Shown: positions 1-11,060, numbered from the whole stretch's first letter. The stretch is 62,910 nt of DNA, filler included, from Globobulimina sp. (GCA_003354225.1; 57 parts of 57 records of this genome joined end to end with filler, not necessarily neighbours in it), one strand, 5' to 3'. The notes: generated by a model not told the origin, from the letters alone. Program-made: numbers and translations.

Positions 1-174
1 TTAAACTTCTAAACACTTCTTTTGTGATTGGCAAGGTTTTTGTGTTAGCTAGAGTGGTTTTCAACCTAGTATTCGAAGTTGACCTAGTATTCGAATCCTA
101 GTATTCAAAGTTGAAAACCATTCTAGCTAACCCAAAAACCTTGCCAATCACAAAAGAAGTGTTTAGAAGTTTAA
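1..174. repeat. Foldback/inverted repeat: 65-bp arms (1-65, 110-174) around three CCTAGTATTC(G/A)AA direct repeats
   Basis: 110-174 is the reverse complement of 1-65 with 2 mismatches; 13-mer repeats at 65-77, 83-95, 97-109. Confidence 0.95.
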
Positions 175-344
175 GCCTAAAAAGTCAAGTGGAGTTGGAT
201 ATTGCTTTTTTGATAGGCAAAACTTGGTGTACCCAAAAATGTTTTGATACGATTTTGTTGTTTTGAGTAATATAGACTGCTCTACCTTTTCATGCAATTA
301 GTTTCAGTAATTAACAGCAGATTTTTTAAAGTTAAGGTGATGGA

Positions 345-413
345 TACAATACACACAATACAACAACGCACAAGTCAAGTAAAATGACGAAAGAGTTAGT
401 GTGGTCATCCCTA
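345..413 (-). mobile_element. Terminus of a dispersed repeat (TAGGGATGACCAC end; hAT-like MITE), copy 1
   Basis: Similar to 46797-46929 (same strand) and 36173-36293 (opposite strand); similarity stops at ...GTGGTCATCCCTA in all three. Confidence 0.7.
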
Positions 414-455
414 TTTGCAGTTTTCTTAAAAACAAAGTTTTTTATCTATCTGAAC

Positions 456-908
456 ATGTCGCAGAATGTTACTGATGATAGCGACTCATTTGGATTTGAT
501 TTTGAAGAATGGATTGTTAAAAATGGACTGTGTGCAATGAAGGAATTGTTCATTAAATATGAGATGAATACGCTCGATTCAATCAGTATGAAGAATAGAA
601 ATCTTGCAAAAATGTTGTCAGATGATAGAAGCACAGCAGATGGTGATGGAGCCGATATGCTTTCTAAAGTGTTTTCCTGTGTTGAAGCTTTAGAAAAAGA
701 AAAGGAAGCCACAAAATTCAAAAAGGAAGAAAAATGTTTTGATGGCCTGGTTCCTGCTAATTCGACAACATTATATTTCTCAAATTTTGCTGCTTGCGTA
801 CTGCGTCATATGTGCTCAGAAACAGGACAATGTTTATCTGAACATGTTGAAACATTAATTATAGCATATTATGGAACTACACATTTTTTTGAACAGGGGG
901 GGAAATAA
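456..908 (+). CDS. Hypothetical protein with N-terminal SAM-like segment
   Basis: FDFEEWIVKNGLCAMKELFIKYEMNTLDSI resembles a SAM pattern; the ORF-track ATG at 384 lies inside the repeat, so the second Met is used. Confidence 0.4.
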   Translation: MSQNVTDDSDSFGFDFEEWIVKNGLCAMKELFIKYEMNTLDSISMKNRNLAKMLSDDRSTADGDGADMLSKVFSCVEALEKEKEATKFKKEEKCFDGLVPANSTTLYFSNFAACVLRHMCSETGQCLSEHVETLIIAYYGTTHFFEQGGK

Positions 909-1006
909 TCTTTTTTAATTTAAATAATATTTGGAAACACTTGTGCATAGATCAACAACTATATACATCCTTTTCACGTGGATAAATTGCTAAAAAGCAA
1001 TATAGG

Positions 1007-1106
1007 NNNNNNNNNNNNNNNNNNNNNNNNNNNNNNNNNNNNNNNNNNNNTTAATTAATTAANNNNNNNNNNNNNNNNNNNNNNNNNNNNNNNNNNNNNN
1101 NNNNNN
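1007..1106. other. Artificial contig linker (44N-TTAATTAATTAA-44N); first of 56 linkers spaced every 1105-1106 nt
   Basis: Same 100-nt block with six-frame stops recurs throughout; inserts are 1006 then 1005 bp. Confidence 0.99.
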
Positions 1107-1184
1107 AATATGTATTATAAAATATTATTGTATTAATAGTGTATTATAATAAAAATTAGTATAGGATAGGATTGTGGCATGGAT

Positions 1185-1811
1185 TCATTTTTTCGCCTGT
1201 TCTAAACGAATTCTTTTTATTCCAAGTACTGCAGCTGCGAATAGTGCAAAATTTGCCGTTGCGTCACTTCCTGGAATATAACCACTGCCATTGGCAGCCG
1301 TATAAATAAAGAAACAATTTGCAGCAAAATCCAATTGGAATTTATTATCATTTTTTGCATCTTTATCTTTCATCCATTTCATTGCTTGTAAAGTGAGGGT
1401 GAAAAATAAGCACCAAAACCATAATTTATTTGCTTTGGATCCTAATGATGCAAAATCTAAATCTTTTAATACACCAATTGATCCTAAAAATATTTTATTA
1501 TCATAATAAAAAAATAAAATATAACCAATACTTATCAACATTTTTAACACTTTAATGACCGTTTCATCAAACGATGCTGGACTTGCTAATAAACCCTCCA
1601 ATGGCTTAGTTGCATTAAAAAATCTATCTACAGATCGACATAAAGCTACACCTTTTCCTAAATTTAACATTTTTTCTGCTAATTGTGGATCTGATTGATT
1701 TCTGGTTAAAATATAATGCAATAATTTACCACCTGCTTGAAGCATTAAATTCACTTTATCTCTGCCATCTGTTCTCTTAATAACTTGGTTGAACGCCTTG
1801 ACAGTGTTCAT
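1185..1811 (-). CDS. PEX11: Peroxisomal membrane protein PEX11 family
   Basis: RTDGRDKVNLMLQ N-terminal motif, CRSVDRFF, YDN motif, hydrophobic C-terminus, about 208 aa. Confidence 0.85.
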   Translation of the reverse strand: MNTVKAFNQVIKRTDGRDKVNLMLQAGGKLLHYILTRNQSDPQLAEKMLNLGKGVALCRSVDRFFNATKPLEGLLASPASFDETVIKVLKMLISIGYILFFYYDNKIFLGSIGVLKDLDFASLGSKANKLWFWCLFFTLTLQAMKWMKDKDAKNDNKFQLDFAANCFFIYTAANGSGYIPGSDATANFALFAAAVLGIKRIRLEQAKK

Positions 1812-1886
1812 GGTGTTTTGTAACTGCAATTTGGTTTTACTTAAAAACTTTTTGTCATTTAAGCCGTCTGTAACTACAATGATAGA

Positions 1887-2112
1887 TTAACTAAAGATGT
1901 CTACTAAGCGAACATATTTCTCACGTTGCACAACATTGTCGTAATAAACCAACTCTTTCCAACGCTGTATTGCGTTTTTCAAGGTAATAAATGGATTTCT
2001 TTCGTTGGCTAATTGACATTCAATGCTATGCTTTGTATTCCCATCAATTTTTTGATGTTTTCTACAACAATAAAATACAGATTTGCATTTTGCACATTTA
2101 CGCAACTTAACA
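1887..2112 (-). CDS. MYND zinc-finger protein, 3' fragment
   Basis: CAKCKSVFYCCRKHQKIDGNTKHSIEC. Confidence 0.75.
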
Positions 2113-2212
2113 NNNNNNNNNNNNNNNNNNNNNNNNNNNNNNNNNNNNNNNNNNNNTTAATTAATTAANNNNNNNNNNNNNNNNNNNNNNNNNNNNNNNN
2201 NNNNNNNNNNNN

Positions 2213-3197
2213 CCATAGTGACAAATGAATATGACATCCACTGCCAACACTATCTGTAAATGGTTTGCACATAAACGTCAATGAGACTCCATTTAAATCT
2301 GCTACTTCTTTCAAACACTGTTTATAAATTATATGGTTGTCACACATTGATAATATGTCATCATATTCAATATTTAATTCGTGCTGACCTATACCTGCTT
2401 CACCTGCAATGATTTATTATTGTTTCTCAATAATATATACACTGCAACAGAAACACACCTTTTGTACATTCGACAGGAATGCCAGAATCACGTAAATGCG
2501 CTCGAAATTGTGAGTTGATCCATTCCGAGCGGGTTCCTTGCAAAATATGATAATCTTCGGGATAATCACCAATCGATTTCATTTTTGATTTGATATAATT
2601 TGCGTTATTCCGTGCATCGCGATATGAATCTTCAAAAAGATAATATTCTAATTCTGAAGCAGCTAATGCATAATATCCAAATTCTTTATTTAATGAATTT
2701 ATGGTGTTTTTAAGAATCGAGCGAGGTGCAACTGACACTAATTCGTGTGACTGTGGATCTGTTACATCACATAAGACAATGCCAGTGTTATCTTGCCAGG
2801 AAAGCTTACGAAATGTTTTATGATCGGGACTTAAATGGAAATCGCCATATCCATCACTCCAATTTGAATATTTAAATCCATTCTGCGGCGTCATGCCCAT
2901 ATCACAGGTCAATAAATAATTACATCCGTGCGTTCCATCGATCATTACTGATTTTTGATAAAAGTTTTTATCCATTCGTTTACCCATCAAACGACCATAA
3001 ATATCCGTAAATCCGGTGATTATGGTATCACAATCTTATTATTATTAAATTCAATTCATATTGGTTGTGTGATGCAATTTCATTTAATCATACCATCAAT
3101 GGATCCAGTTTCATTGTGATAATGTGTATCTATTTGATCTAATGATAGTTTGTCTTGTGAGGCGAATTTACGGTTTAAGTATATTGGTTGGATCAAC
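2213..3197 (-). CDS. glnA: Glutamine synthetase-like protein (GSI-like gamma-glutamyl ligase, GlnA4 type), partial, with introns at 2404-2458 and about 3036-3093
   Basis: FTDIYGRLMGKR, GTHGCNYLL, WSDGYGDF, SELEYYLF, GEAGIGQHELN, FMCKP...GSGCHIHLSLW; GT-AG introns restore the frame. Confidence 0.9.
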
Positions 3198-3318
3198 CTA
3201 GAATTTAATATCAACTTANNNNNNNNNNNNNNNNNNNNNNNNNNNNNNNNNNNNNNNNNNNNTTAATTAATTAANNNNNNNNNNNNNNNNNNNNNNNNNN
3301 NNNNNNNNNNNNNNNNNN

Positions 3319-4324
3319 GAAACAGCCAATCAATGATATTGACATTTGTCACTTTGCGCCGCGCATAAATGCCGCCCACATTCTTTCGCGAGTCGATAAT
3401 ATCGGAGATGCGCTGCAAATTGATCGGCAATTTGCATTCTTTGCCGTTCTTTTTTTTATACGTATTTAAGGCTTGCTGTTGTTCAATGAATTTATTATAC
3501 GCTGGAAAACTTGGCAACGGATCAATGGTCGAAGGGACGTCCCAGGGCTCGCAAGCAGATATATTTGCGCCTAAATTGAGATCCAATCCATTCCAAACAC
3601 ATCGTCGGTCATCGTCTGGTAATATGACCCCACGGCCCAACTCATTATTTATCCCAAAGTAATACGCCGAAGATCCATTCGCCACTAATGAGAGTTCAAA
3701 GGGAGCGCCATAATAATCCACAATGTCATCGTCTTTGATCTCCATCGATTCTTCCACAACGACCACCACTTCGGACGTGGTACCGGTCTCTGCCGTCTCT
3801 GCCTCCTTTGCAGACTCAGTGCCATTGGGTGTGGCCACCGCAAATTCATTTTCTTCCTCGGGCTCCGGTGGCAAATCTGGCGGCTCTTCGTCGTTGTCAT
3901 TATCATCGGGGACGGCATGGCTATTATTAATGGGCGGGAAGGTGGCCGTGGATGCGGAGCGGATTAAGATGGATAGCAATTTAACAATGTCCTGAACTCG
4001 CGGCGGTGCAATGCGGCGCGTCGACCGCTGTCCGGATTCACTTCTGCCCACAACCTGGCGATTAAAGTGTAGAATGGGCGAATCATTCAAATAAAAGGCA
4101 ACAATGCTCCGTATGCAGCCCAAATTAATCAACAAATAGCGTTCATGCCAGGAATTGTGCGCGATGCCCAATAATAATTTGAAGAATTCTTCATAACTCC
4201 GATGGAATTTCGGTGATAAATGCAAGAAACGGAACATAGCGACAATGAAGCGAGCACAGCAATATTTATCTGAATCCAAGCCCGCTATAATATTTTCCAT
4301 GCCTTTCTCTTCATTTTCGTCAAT
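3319..4324 (-). CDS. Internal fragment of a large protein, possibly USP9X/24/34-type ubiquitin protease C-terminal region
   Basis: Open frame; SYEEFFKLLLGIAHNSWHERYLLINLGCIRSIVAFYL resembles that region. Confidence 0.4.
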
Positions 4325-4424
4325 NNNNNNNNNNNNNNNNNNNNNNNNNNNNNNNNNNNNNNNNNNNNTTAATTAATTAANNNNNNNNNNNNNNNNNNNN
4401 NNNNNNNNNNNNNNNNNNNNNNNN

Positions 4425-5340
4425 AGGATTTATGCGAAAATTAGGAAATGATAATGGCCGTTATTTTACCGGTGTAATTAATCGCGTATTTTGTTATATC
4501 GTTGGTATTGCTGTAGGAAAAATGATGGAATATTCTCCATGGTCTGATCCCGCAGAGACTCAAATGCGTTTTATTACGAAAGGTATTGCCATTCATAAAT
4601 ATAATTATGATCATTATGGATTGGCTTCATTGTATGACAAATTAAATCAATTAGAAAGAAGTAAAAAGTATTCGAAATATGAAAATTATTTACCATCAAT
4701 ACAATTCAGTCAAAATAACATAAAAAGAAATCATACTGGTTTCTCCCCAAATGAATTAAGATTTTATTTTCCGTTTAATACAAATTGTTTAGAAATGAAT
4801 TTGAGATTGAAGGATTTTAGCAAATTAAATCCAAATGATTTTAATATAAAAGGATCCGTCGATTATAAGAAATTTCAGAAATGGGCCAGAAACACTCATA
4901 AATTAATAATTGACAAAGCAACAAGAAAAAGAATCAAATTTGAAAAGGATCAACAATTAAAATATAATAATATCAATAATAAACAGTTTAATTTGTATGA
5001 TTATGTGGTATGGAAACCAACTAATATTATATCAAATAAATTGGATCAAAATGAGATATATGGATGGTATATATCTGAAATATTACAACCAGGAAAATTA
5101 TATATTATTAAAAATGTATTTGATACAAAGATTTGGCACAAAGTTAATCATGGACATTTACGATATTTTTATAAACCATTATTTGAAGAACCAAGTGATA
5201 TGCTTGATTGTGCATTATTACGTATTGACAATCTCGATGATCATAACGAGGAAGAAGAGAATTTTGTAAACAAAAAGAACAAATTAGTTATTAAAGCAAA
5301 AGAGAAAGTAAATCAATTATCAATTATCGAAATTGTATAG
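4425..5340 (+). mobile_element. Retroviral-type (rve) integrase C-terminal half, Ty3/Gypsy- or Ginger-like
   Basis: DNGRYFTG...GI...YSPWSDPAE; LPSIQFSQNN...TGFSPNEL; GPY/F-like module FNLYDYV...KL...GWYI...VNHGHLRYF. Confidence 0.8.
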
Positions 5341-5600
5341 CAAATTAAAAATACAATTTTATTTAGTCGCAAATAATAATTTTGAAATGTTTGTGATTGT
5401 TTGACAGATTTGATACATCATCCAATTCTGNNNNNNNNNNNNNNNNNNNNNNNNNNNNNNNNNNNNNNNNNNNNTTAATTAATTAANNNNNNNNNNNNNN
5501 NNNNNNNNNNNNNNNNNNNNNNNNNNNNNNCACAAATATATTACATATTATATCCTCAATTTCTATCGCTTTTCAAATATAATACATTCTATATTTAGTT

Positions 5601-6536
5601 CTAATTATCCTTATTAAATTGATACAAAAACTTCTTCAAAATAGTCAAAGCCCGTTTTGGTTCTGTAGTTGGTACCATATGTCCGGCAGTACGAACCGTC
5701 AAAAAATGTAAAGCAACATCACTCCCATCACTGCTCATATATTGCGAATAAAAGCCACCTAACTCTCCATCATCATCTTCCCATTGTTGCCAATCCACAT
5801 TTTCATTCACTTGATACTTCCACCGATCTAACCAATATTGTGTCCCTTGTAAGCCACAAACACTGTCATCATCGCCAGAATATACGCTCAAAGTTAGCTC
5901 TTTTGGCACTAAATATTTATCGATAATCTCTGCATAAAATGCTTCCACTTTCGTATCATAGTCGCTCTCTGGCCATTCATTCCAGATATTATCATTACAC
6001 ATTTGCCACTCAGTTGGCTTGACGTGTAACGCACTTTGCACTGCGCCCAAATTCAAATAATCCGCCATATCATATTCAATACACGGAAGGTATTCATCTC
6101 CATATTGTACATTTGCACCGTCATCAGCCGCTGCGGCGGACTTTGCTTGTTCTTCTCTCTCCTTTTCCAATGCTTCTTGTTCTCTGGCTAGTTCTTCATC
6201 TCTTTCTGCTTGCGATCCAGCCACGGCTTTATTACCAACATTATGATTCGGCCGGTCGTGTTCCATACCATTGGGCACTTTCGGCTTACTACGCTGTGCT
6301 GTGCCTGTTTGTTGTCCAGTACTTGCGCCTTGTTGACCTTGTTGAGACTGACCCTAAAATAAAAAAACATCATTTTTTAAAAAAACCTTACTTAAGCAAA
6401 GCAAAACAAAACAATGGCGACATACCATCTGTCCTTGTGACGGTTGTTGTGGCATACCCTGTGCTGGCTGCTGTGGTTGCTGTCCGCCTTGAGAAGGTTG
6501 CTGCGGTTGTTGTTGTTGTCCAGCCGCTCCTCCACC
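5601..6536 (-). CDS. Serine carboxypeptidase (S10), 3' part, intron 6354-6425
   Basis: YSGDDDSVC (catalytic Asp) and FLTVRTAGHMVP (catalytic His). Confidence 0.92.
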
Positions 6537-6636
6537 NNNNNNNNNNNNNNNNNNNNNNNNNNNNNNNNNNNNNNNNNNNNTTAATTAATTAANNNNNNNN
6601 NNNNNNNNNNNNNNNNNNNNNNNNNNNNNNNNNNNN

Positions 6637-7317
6637 CCATTCGTTTTGGTATGCGGCAGCAATGTCTAATTCAATTTGCAGCGTTAATTTCTTTGGCATG
6701 TCAGTTGAATAGGATTTTTTCCTTTTTTTGGATTTTTTGCGCTTTAATTTCGGTGCTTTGTTTGCTGCGGTGATTATCACAGATTTTATATCATTTATAT
6801 CATCAATGTCCGTGTCGAATGTTTTTTTTTCTGCAAAAGTGCTGGATTGAGTTTGCCGCAAAGGTAGACGGGATTTTTTTTGTTTGTTTTCAAGATCAGC
6901 ATTATCGAATTCGTTATACATTATACATCCATTGAATTCATCGAATGTGTGTTTATCGGTAAAAGGCGGCGGAGATTCTGGAACTTGTTTGATGGCATTT
7001 TGATGAAATATGTACTCGGTATAATCGTTTTTATGCTGTGATTGCAGCAATTTTAGTGATTTTTGGAAATATATTTCTGCTTTGAATGAATCTTTTTCTT
7101 TTGTTTTATTATATGATAATTCGCCGTTTGTAAATGCCAATAAATTTGCTAAATGGAAATGAAATTGCCAGTTTGTTGGGTGATTTTCAACTTGTTGACA
7201 TAACTGGTCGTGTATATGAATCAATAATCTTTTTTCGCGAAATACTGACACGAGAGCATTTGATGGAAGTGATAATATCGATTTCCTTGTTTGATTAACA
7301 TTATGCATTATGTACAA
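6637..7317 (-). CDS. Hypothetical protein with TPR-like helices, partial
   Basis: HPTNWQFHFHLANLLAF...AEIYFQKSLKL. Confidence 0.4.
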
Positions 7318-8086
7318 AATATTTTTAGGGGATAACTTTACTCGAAAAACGGTAGTAGAAAAATCGTTGCATTTTATTGTTGCAACTAACTACAATGTCA
7401 TAACAATGTCATTAAGACAAAAAAGGAAATGTGTTGCATACAACTTTTACAGTTGACCAGAAAACTGGATCATGACATAAGTCCGATTCCAAATATATAA
7501 GGCTTGAATCAAACGAAAAGTTTTAAATAACTTCTTCTTCTTCAACATCCCGTGCAAAAGAGCATCAGGTTTTCAGCGTCAGATTTTTATTGTTTCTGAG
7601 AAACGAAGGCAAACCTATATTATTTTTACCTTTATCAGTCACNNNNNNNNNNNNNNNNNNNNNNNNNNNNNNNNNNNNNNNNNNNNTTAATTAATTAANN
7701 NNNNNNNNNNNNNNNNNNNNNNNNNNNNNNNNNNNNNNNNNNTGCCATTCGGACTGTGCGGGCTTCATAATACAGCATATTCATCCTCTTTAATGTTAGC
7801 AAATTCGAAGCACAGTGCTATTTACTACACCAAGTTTTGTTTCATTTTTAGTGTGATAATAATTGTAATATAATCTCAGACAATGAACTATGATATATAA
7901 TTATCGCAGTTATTGTCGTTCCAATGATACTTACAATACGATTAAACAGTAATTGATCAGAGAAACATTGTAAAAATTTTGAACCGAGCAGGCTCCTTTC
8001 CATTCTCAGTAAGAACTTTTCTTTTATTATTTCCAACACCGTCACGTTGTCACAGTGCCCACTACGTACAGACACTAAGAAGTTGT

Positions 8087-8320
8087 TTATTTATTGCATG
8101 CATATTGCGATCCAATATCAAAATTAAATGTACAGTCATTAGCACCCATAGCATATGTTACTTCTGTTGTGTTGCTACAGAACCAATTAATATAAACATG
8201 TGTTTGTCCTTTTAATGGCGATAAATCTAAAGTTAAACCTGAAGTCGCATCTTTATAAACACAGTCTGCTGCAAATCCAATGAAAGCAATCGCATTTATA
8301 GTCAATAAAAATGTTTTCAT
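8087..8320 (-). CDS. Small secreted protein with mannose-6-phosphate-receptor-homology (MRH)-like ends
   Basis: Signal peptide, CVYKDATSGLTLDLSPL and CTFNFDIGSQYAC; central part missing. Confidence 0.45.
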   Translation of the reverse strand: MKTFLLTINAIAFIGFAADCVYKDATSGLTLDLSPLKGQTHVYINWFCSNTTEVTYAMGANDCTFNFDIGSQYACNK

Positions 8321-8355
8321 AATTGATGTCATTAAAAAAAAAGATATTTATAACA

Positions 8356-8748
8356 ATGGCTGAAGAGGAAGCTTATTCACAATTAGGTCAGTCTGAAGAA
8401 TCAGTGTTCGTGCTTGGAACATTTATATTGCTTCCAATTGGCGCAACAATTGCAATGATAATATTATTTTCATTGTATCAACAAAGAAAAAAAATATTAG
8501 TTGAAAAAAAAAGAGCTTATCAATTTGCAATTCTTTCGATTGTGTGTTCATTATTGATGTATATTACCAGCATTTTTTTTTGCAATAATTTAATAGTTCC
8601 GTGGCAATATGATGGCAGACATCAATCCTTCGTCGAAATTACAGATTCAATTGAAAATTTATTTTTTATTCCTGGCAAAATTGCATTTTATTGCAGTTTT
8701 ACGTATCATTTATTATCGATATTTGATAAAAACAGTAAAACAAGAAAA
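8356..8748 (+). CDS. Multi-pass (7TM-like) membrane protein, 5' part
   Basis: Three hydrophobic segments before the contig ends. Confidence 0.6.
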
Positions 8749-8962
8749 NNNNNNNNNNNNNNNNNNNNNNNNNNNNNNNNNNNNNNNNNNNNTTAATTAA
8801 TTAANNNNNNNNNNNNNNNNNNNNNNNNNNNNNNNNNNNNNNNNNNNNAAGTTCGAAATTTCTCTGACCGGAAGTTTTTTTAATCAAATCATTTGATACT
8901 GAACAAGTGCCAGTGTCAGTGTAAGGATATATAATTAATAAATAATAACTATTGTGTCACTA

Positions 8963-9601
8963 TCATGCAATATCTGGTATATCAGATTCATGCGCATACA
9001 CAACAACATTGACATCAACAAGTCTAAAGTCTTTCCATTCAATATATTGATTGGGATCCACAATATCCTTCCACGACCGGTCTTGTTGGTCTTGTTTCAT
9101 ATTATTCTGTGCTGGAGTTCCCATATCCTTTCTAGATGTCGTTATAACCAATCTAGGAAACCTTTGAGATCTAATAATATTTACAATTTGCTTTGGTGTA
9201 ATACCACCATTTATATTTAAATGGTTATTTAATTCTCGTTTGATATCTTTCCTGTCATCGACCGATACACCATCATCAAAAGCAATGTGTAGCTCTCTTA
9301 TTCCTTCTCTAACATTCCATATTTTAACATAATGACTGATATAATCACCCCATGATTGTTTGTATGATAATATATTACCATCGCATGGAATTAATAATTG
9401 ATTTCCATAGCCAGTTGTTTCTAATTTTATTGCATTGATCAATGCCATTGGATTGGCAAATGCCAGCGATGAAAATATACCATCGTCTGCTTTGACATTG
9501 GATGAAGAATATGAATAACTGCATGATGATGCGGTTACTGCACCCAAAAATATCAAACCACGATAGTGATTGTTATAGATTCTCAATTTCTGTTTTTGCA
9601 A
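8963..9601 (-). CDS. Hypothetical protein
   Basis: 212-aa ORF with plausible composition; no family recognised. Confidence 0.5.
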   Translation of the reverse strand: MQKQKLRIYNNHYRGLIFLGAVTASSCSYSYSSSNVKADDGIFSSLAFANPMALINAIKLETTGYGNQLLIPCDGNILSYKQSWGDYISHYVKIWNVREGIRELHIAFDDGVSVDDRKDIKRELNNHLNINGGITPKQIVNIIRSQRFPRLVITTSRKDMGTPAQNNMKQDQQDRSWKDIVDPNQYIEWKDFRLVDVNVVVYAHESDIPDIA

Positions 9602-10325
9602 TCAAACAACAAACAGTATATTTATAATATGTATATAAATAACAAACTATATTTGATGGATTTAACTGGAAATTTCTTTGCATTTCGTGTGAAACGCGCA
9701 GACATCTTTAATTGTATAAAGTTTTCTGAAGTTATATATTTAATTTGGTAAACTCATCGTTCTTTCATCGACCGGTCATGTTTTCCTTCCAATCGTTTCT
9801 CCGCAAGAATTGTCAGCGGATAAATGTATTACACGGCAACTGGAAATGCTTGAANNNNNNNNNNNNNNNNNNNNNNNNNNNNNNNNNNNNNNNNNNNNTT
9901 AATTAATTAANNNNNNNNNNNNNNNNNNNNNNNNNNNNNNNNNNNNNNNNNNNNGGTCCATTGAGACAAAGTGAAAGTTGTTTAAGTTTCTATTTATTGC
10001 AAAGTAAAGTTAAGTTATTACTCAAGTCGTGTTCGAACTTTTCCTCAACATTCAATTCCAGTGTTTCAAGTTTAGTGCAGTTAATGAGGACAAGAGACAA
10101 ATGCATTAAATTAGAATTACCAATAGAAGTGATTTTAAATGAAGATAAATTTGTAGATGCCATCACGAATGACAAGAAACCCATTTGAAAAGAACAGGAA
10201 CAGAACGGGTTTTCCATCGATTTTTAATTGCATTGATTTCATTTGATTCATTGAAGAGACACGAAGAGTACATATTTATAAATAGAGCTTGACATTCACA
10301 ATCAGCACAAAGGAATGTAACACTT

Positions 10326-10703
10326 TCAAGAGCCAAAGATGATGAATAATAGATTAATGATATTACATAATATAATAATTAATCGAAAATCATTCGGCAA
10401 TTCACCAACGACAATTTGTTTGACAGTAATTTTGGTCAATAATATAGCCAGAGCTTCCGTTATGTTTTCACCAGCGAATGCAGTACCATTTATTGAATGT
10501 TTTATTGCTAATTGATATTCGATCATTTCCTCCATAGTCGGTTCATGATCATTTTCTCCTTCGGTTTTGGGCGGATATAATGTGGCGAAATTCAATAAAT
10601 TGTCAAAAATCCAACAAATTCGATTTTTTATTTGAGTACGAAAATTTCTAGAGACCAATTCCAAACTTATTGTCGAGGTTGGTACTAAAAATTGTCCAAC
10701 CAT
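10326..10703 (-). CDS. Possible F-box-like protein, fragmentary
   Basis: VGQFLVPTSTISLELVSRNFR weakly F-box-like; downstream frame is broken. Confidence 0.25.
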   Translation of the reverse strand: MVGQFLVPTSTISLELVSRNFRTQIKNRICWIFDNLLNFATLYPPKTEGENDHEPTMEEMIEYQLAIKHSINGTAFAGENITEALAILLTKITVKQIVVGELPNDFRLIIILCNIINLLFIIFGS

Positions 10704-11060
10704 GGAGTTTGAATGGCTCCTTACGTTTTTTATGCTTGCATTAGCATGCTATGCTAACATGTACATATTATTAGCTGTACTGTAATAAACTGTACCATGT
10801 AGCTATGTGCTAACCAAATCGCAAAGGCTCTGTCTCCTATCCTGACTATAGTTAATGTGATCTACATATTTGAAACCATTTCCAAAATCGCAAAAAATAA
10901 GAATTCCTGCCTGGCCCACCCCACGCCAAATCCTATCTAAAACGTGCCACTCCTCCACTCNNNNNNNNNNNNNNNNNNNNNNNNNNNNNNNNNNNNNNNN
11001 NNNNTTAATTAATTAANNNNNNNNNNNNNNNNNNNNNNNNNNNNNNNNNNNNNNNNNNNN

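Noticed and set aside
384-455. ATG at 384 as the gene start
   Set aside because: It lies within the dispersed repeat terminus also present in non-coding context at about 46900
1007-1106. Regularly spaced TTAATTAATTAA palindromes as a biological array
   Set aside because: Embedded in fixed N runs; this is a six-frame-stop concatenation linker
3369-3995. Short antisense and overlapping ORFs, here and opposite most real genes
   Set aside because: Shadow frames of genuine CDSs with no recognisable motifs
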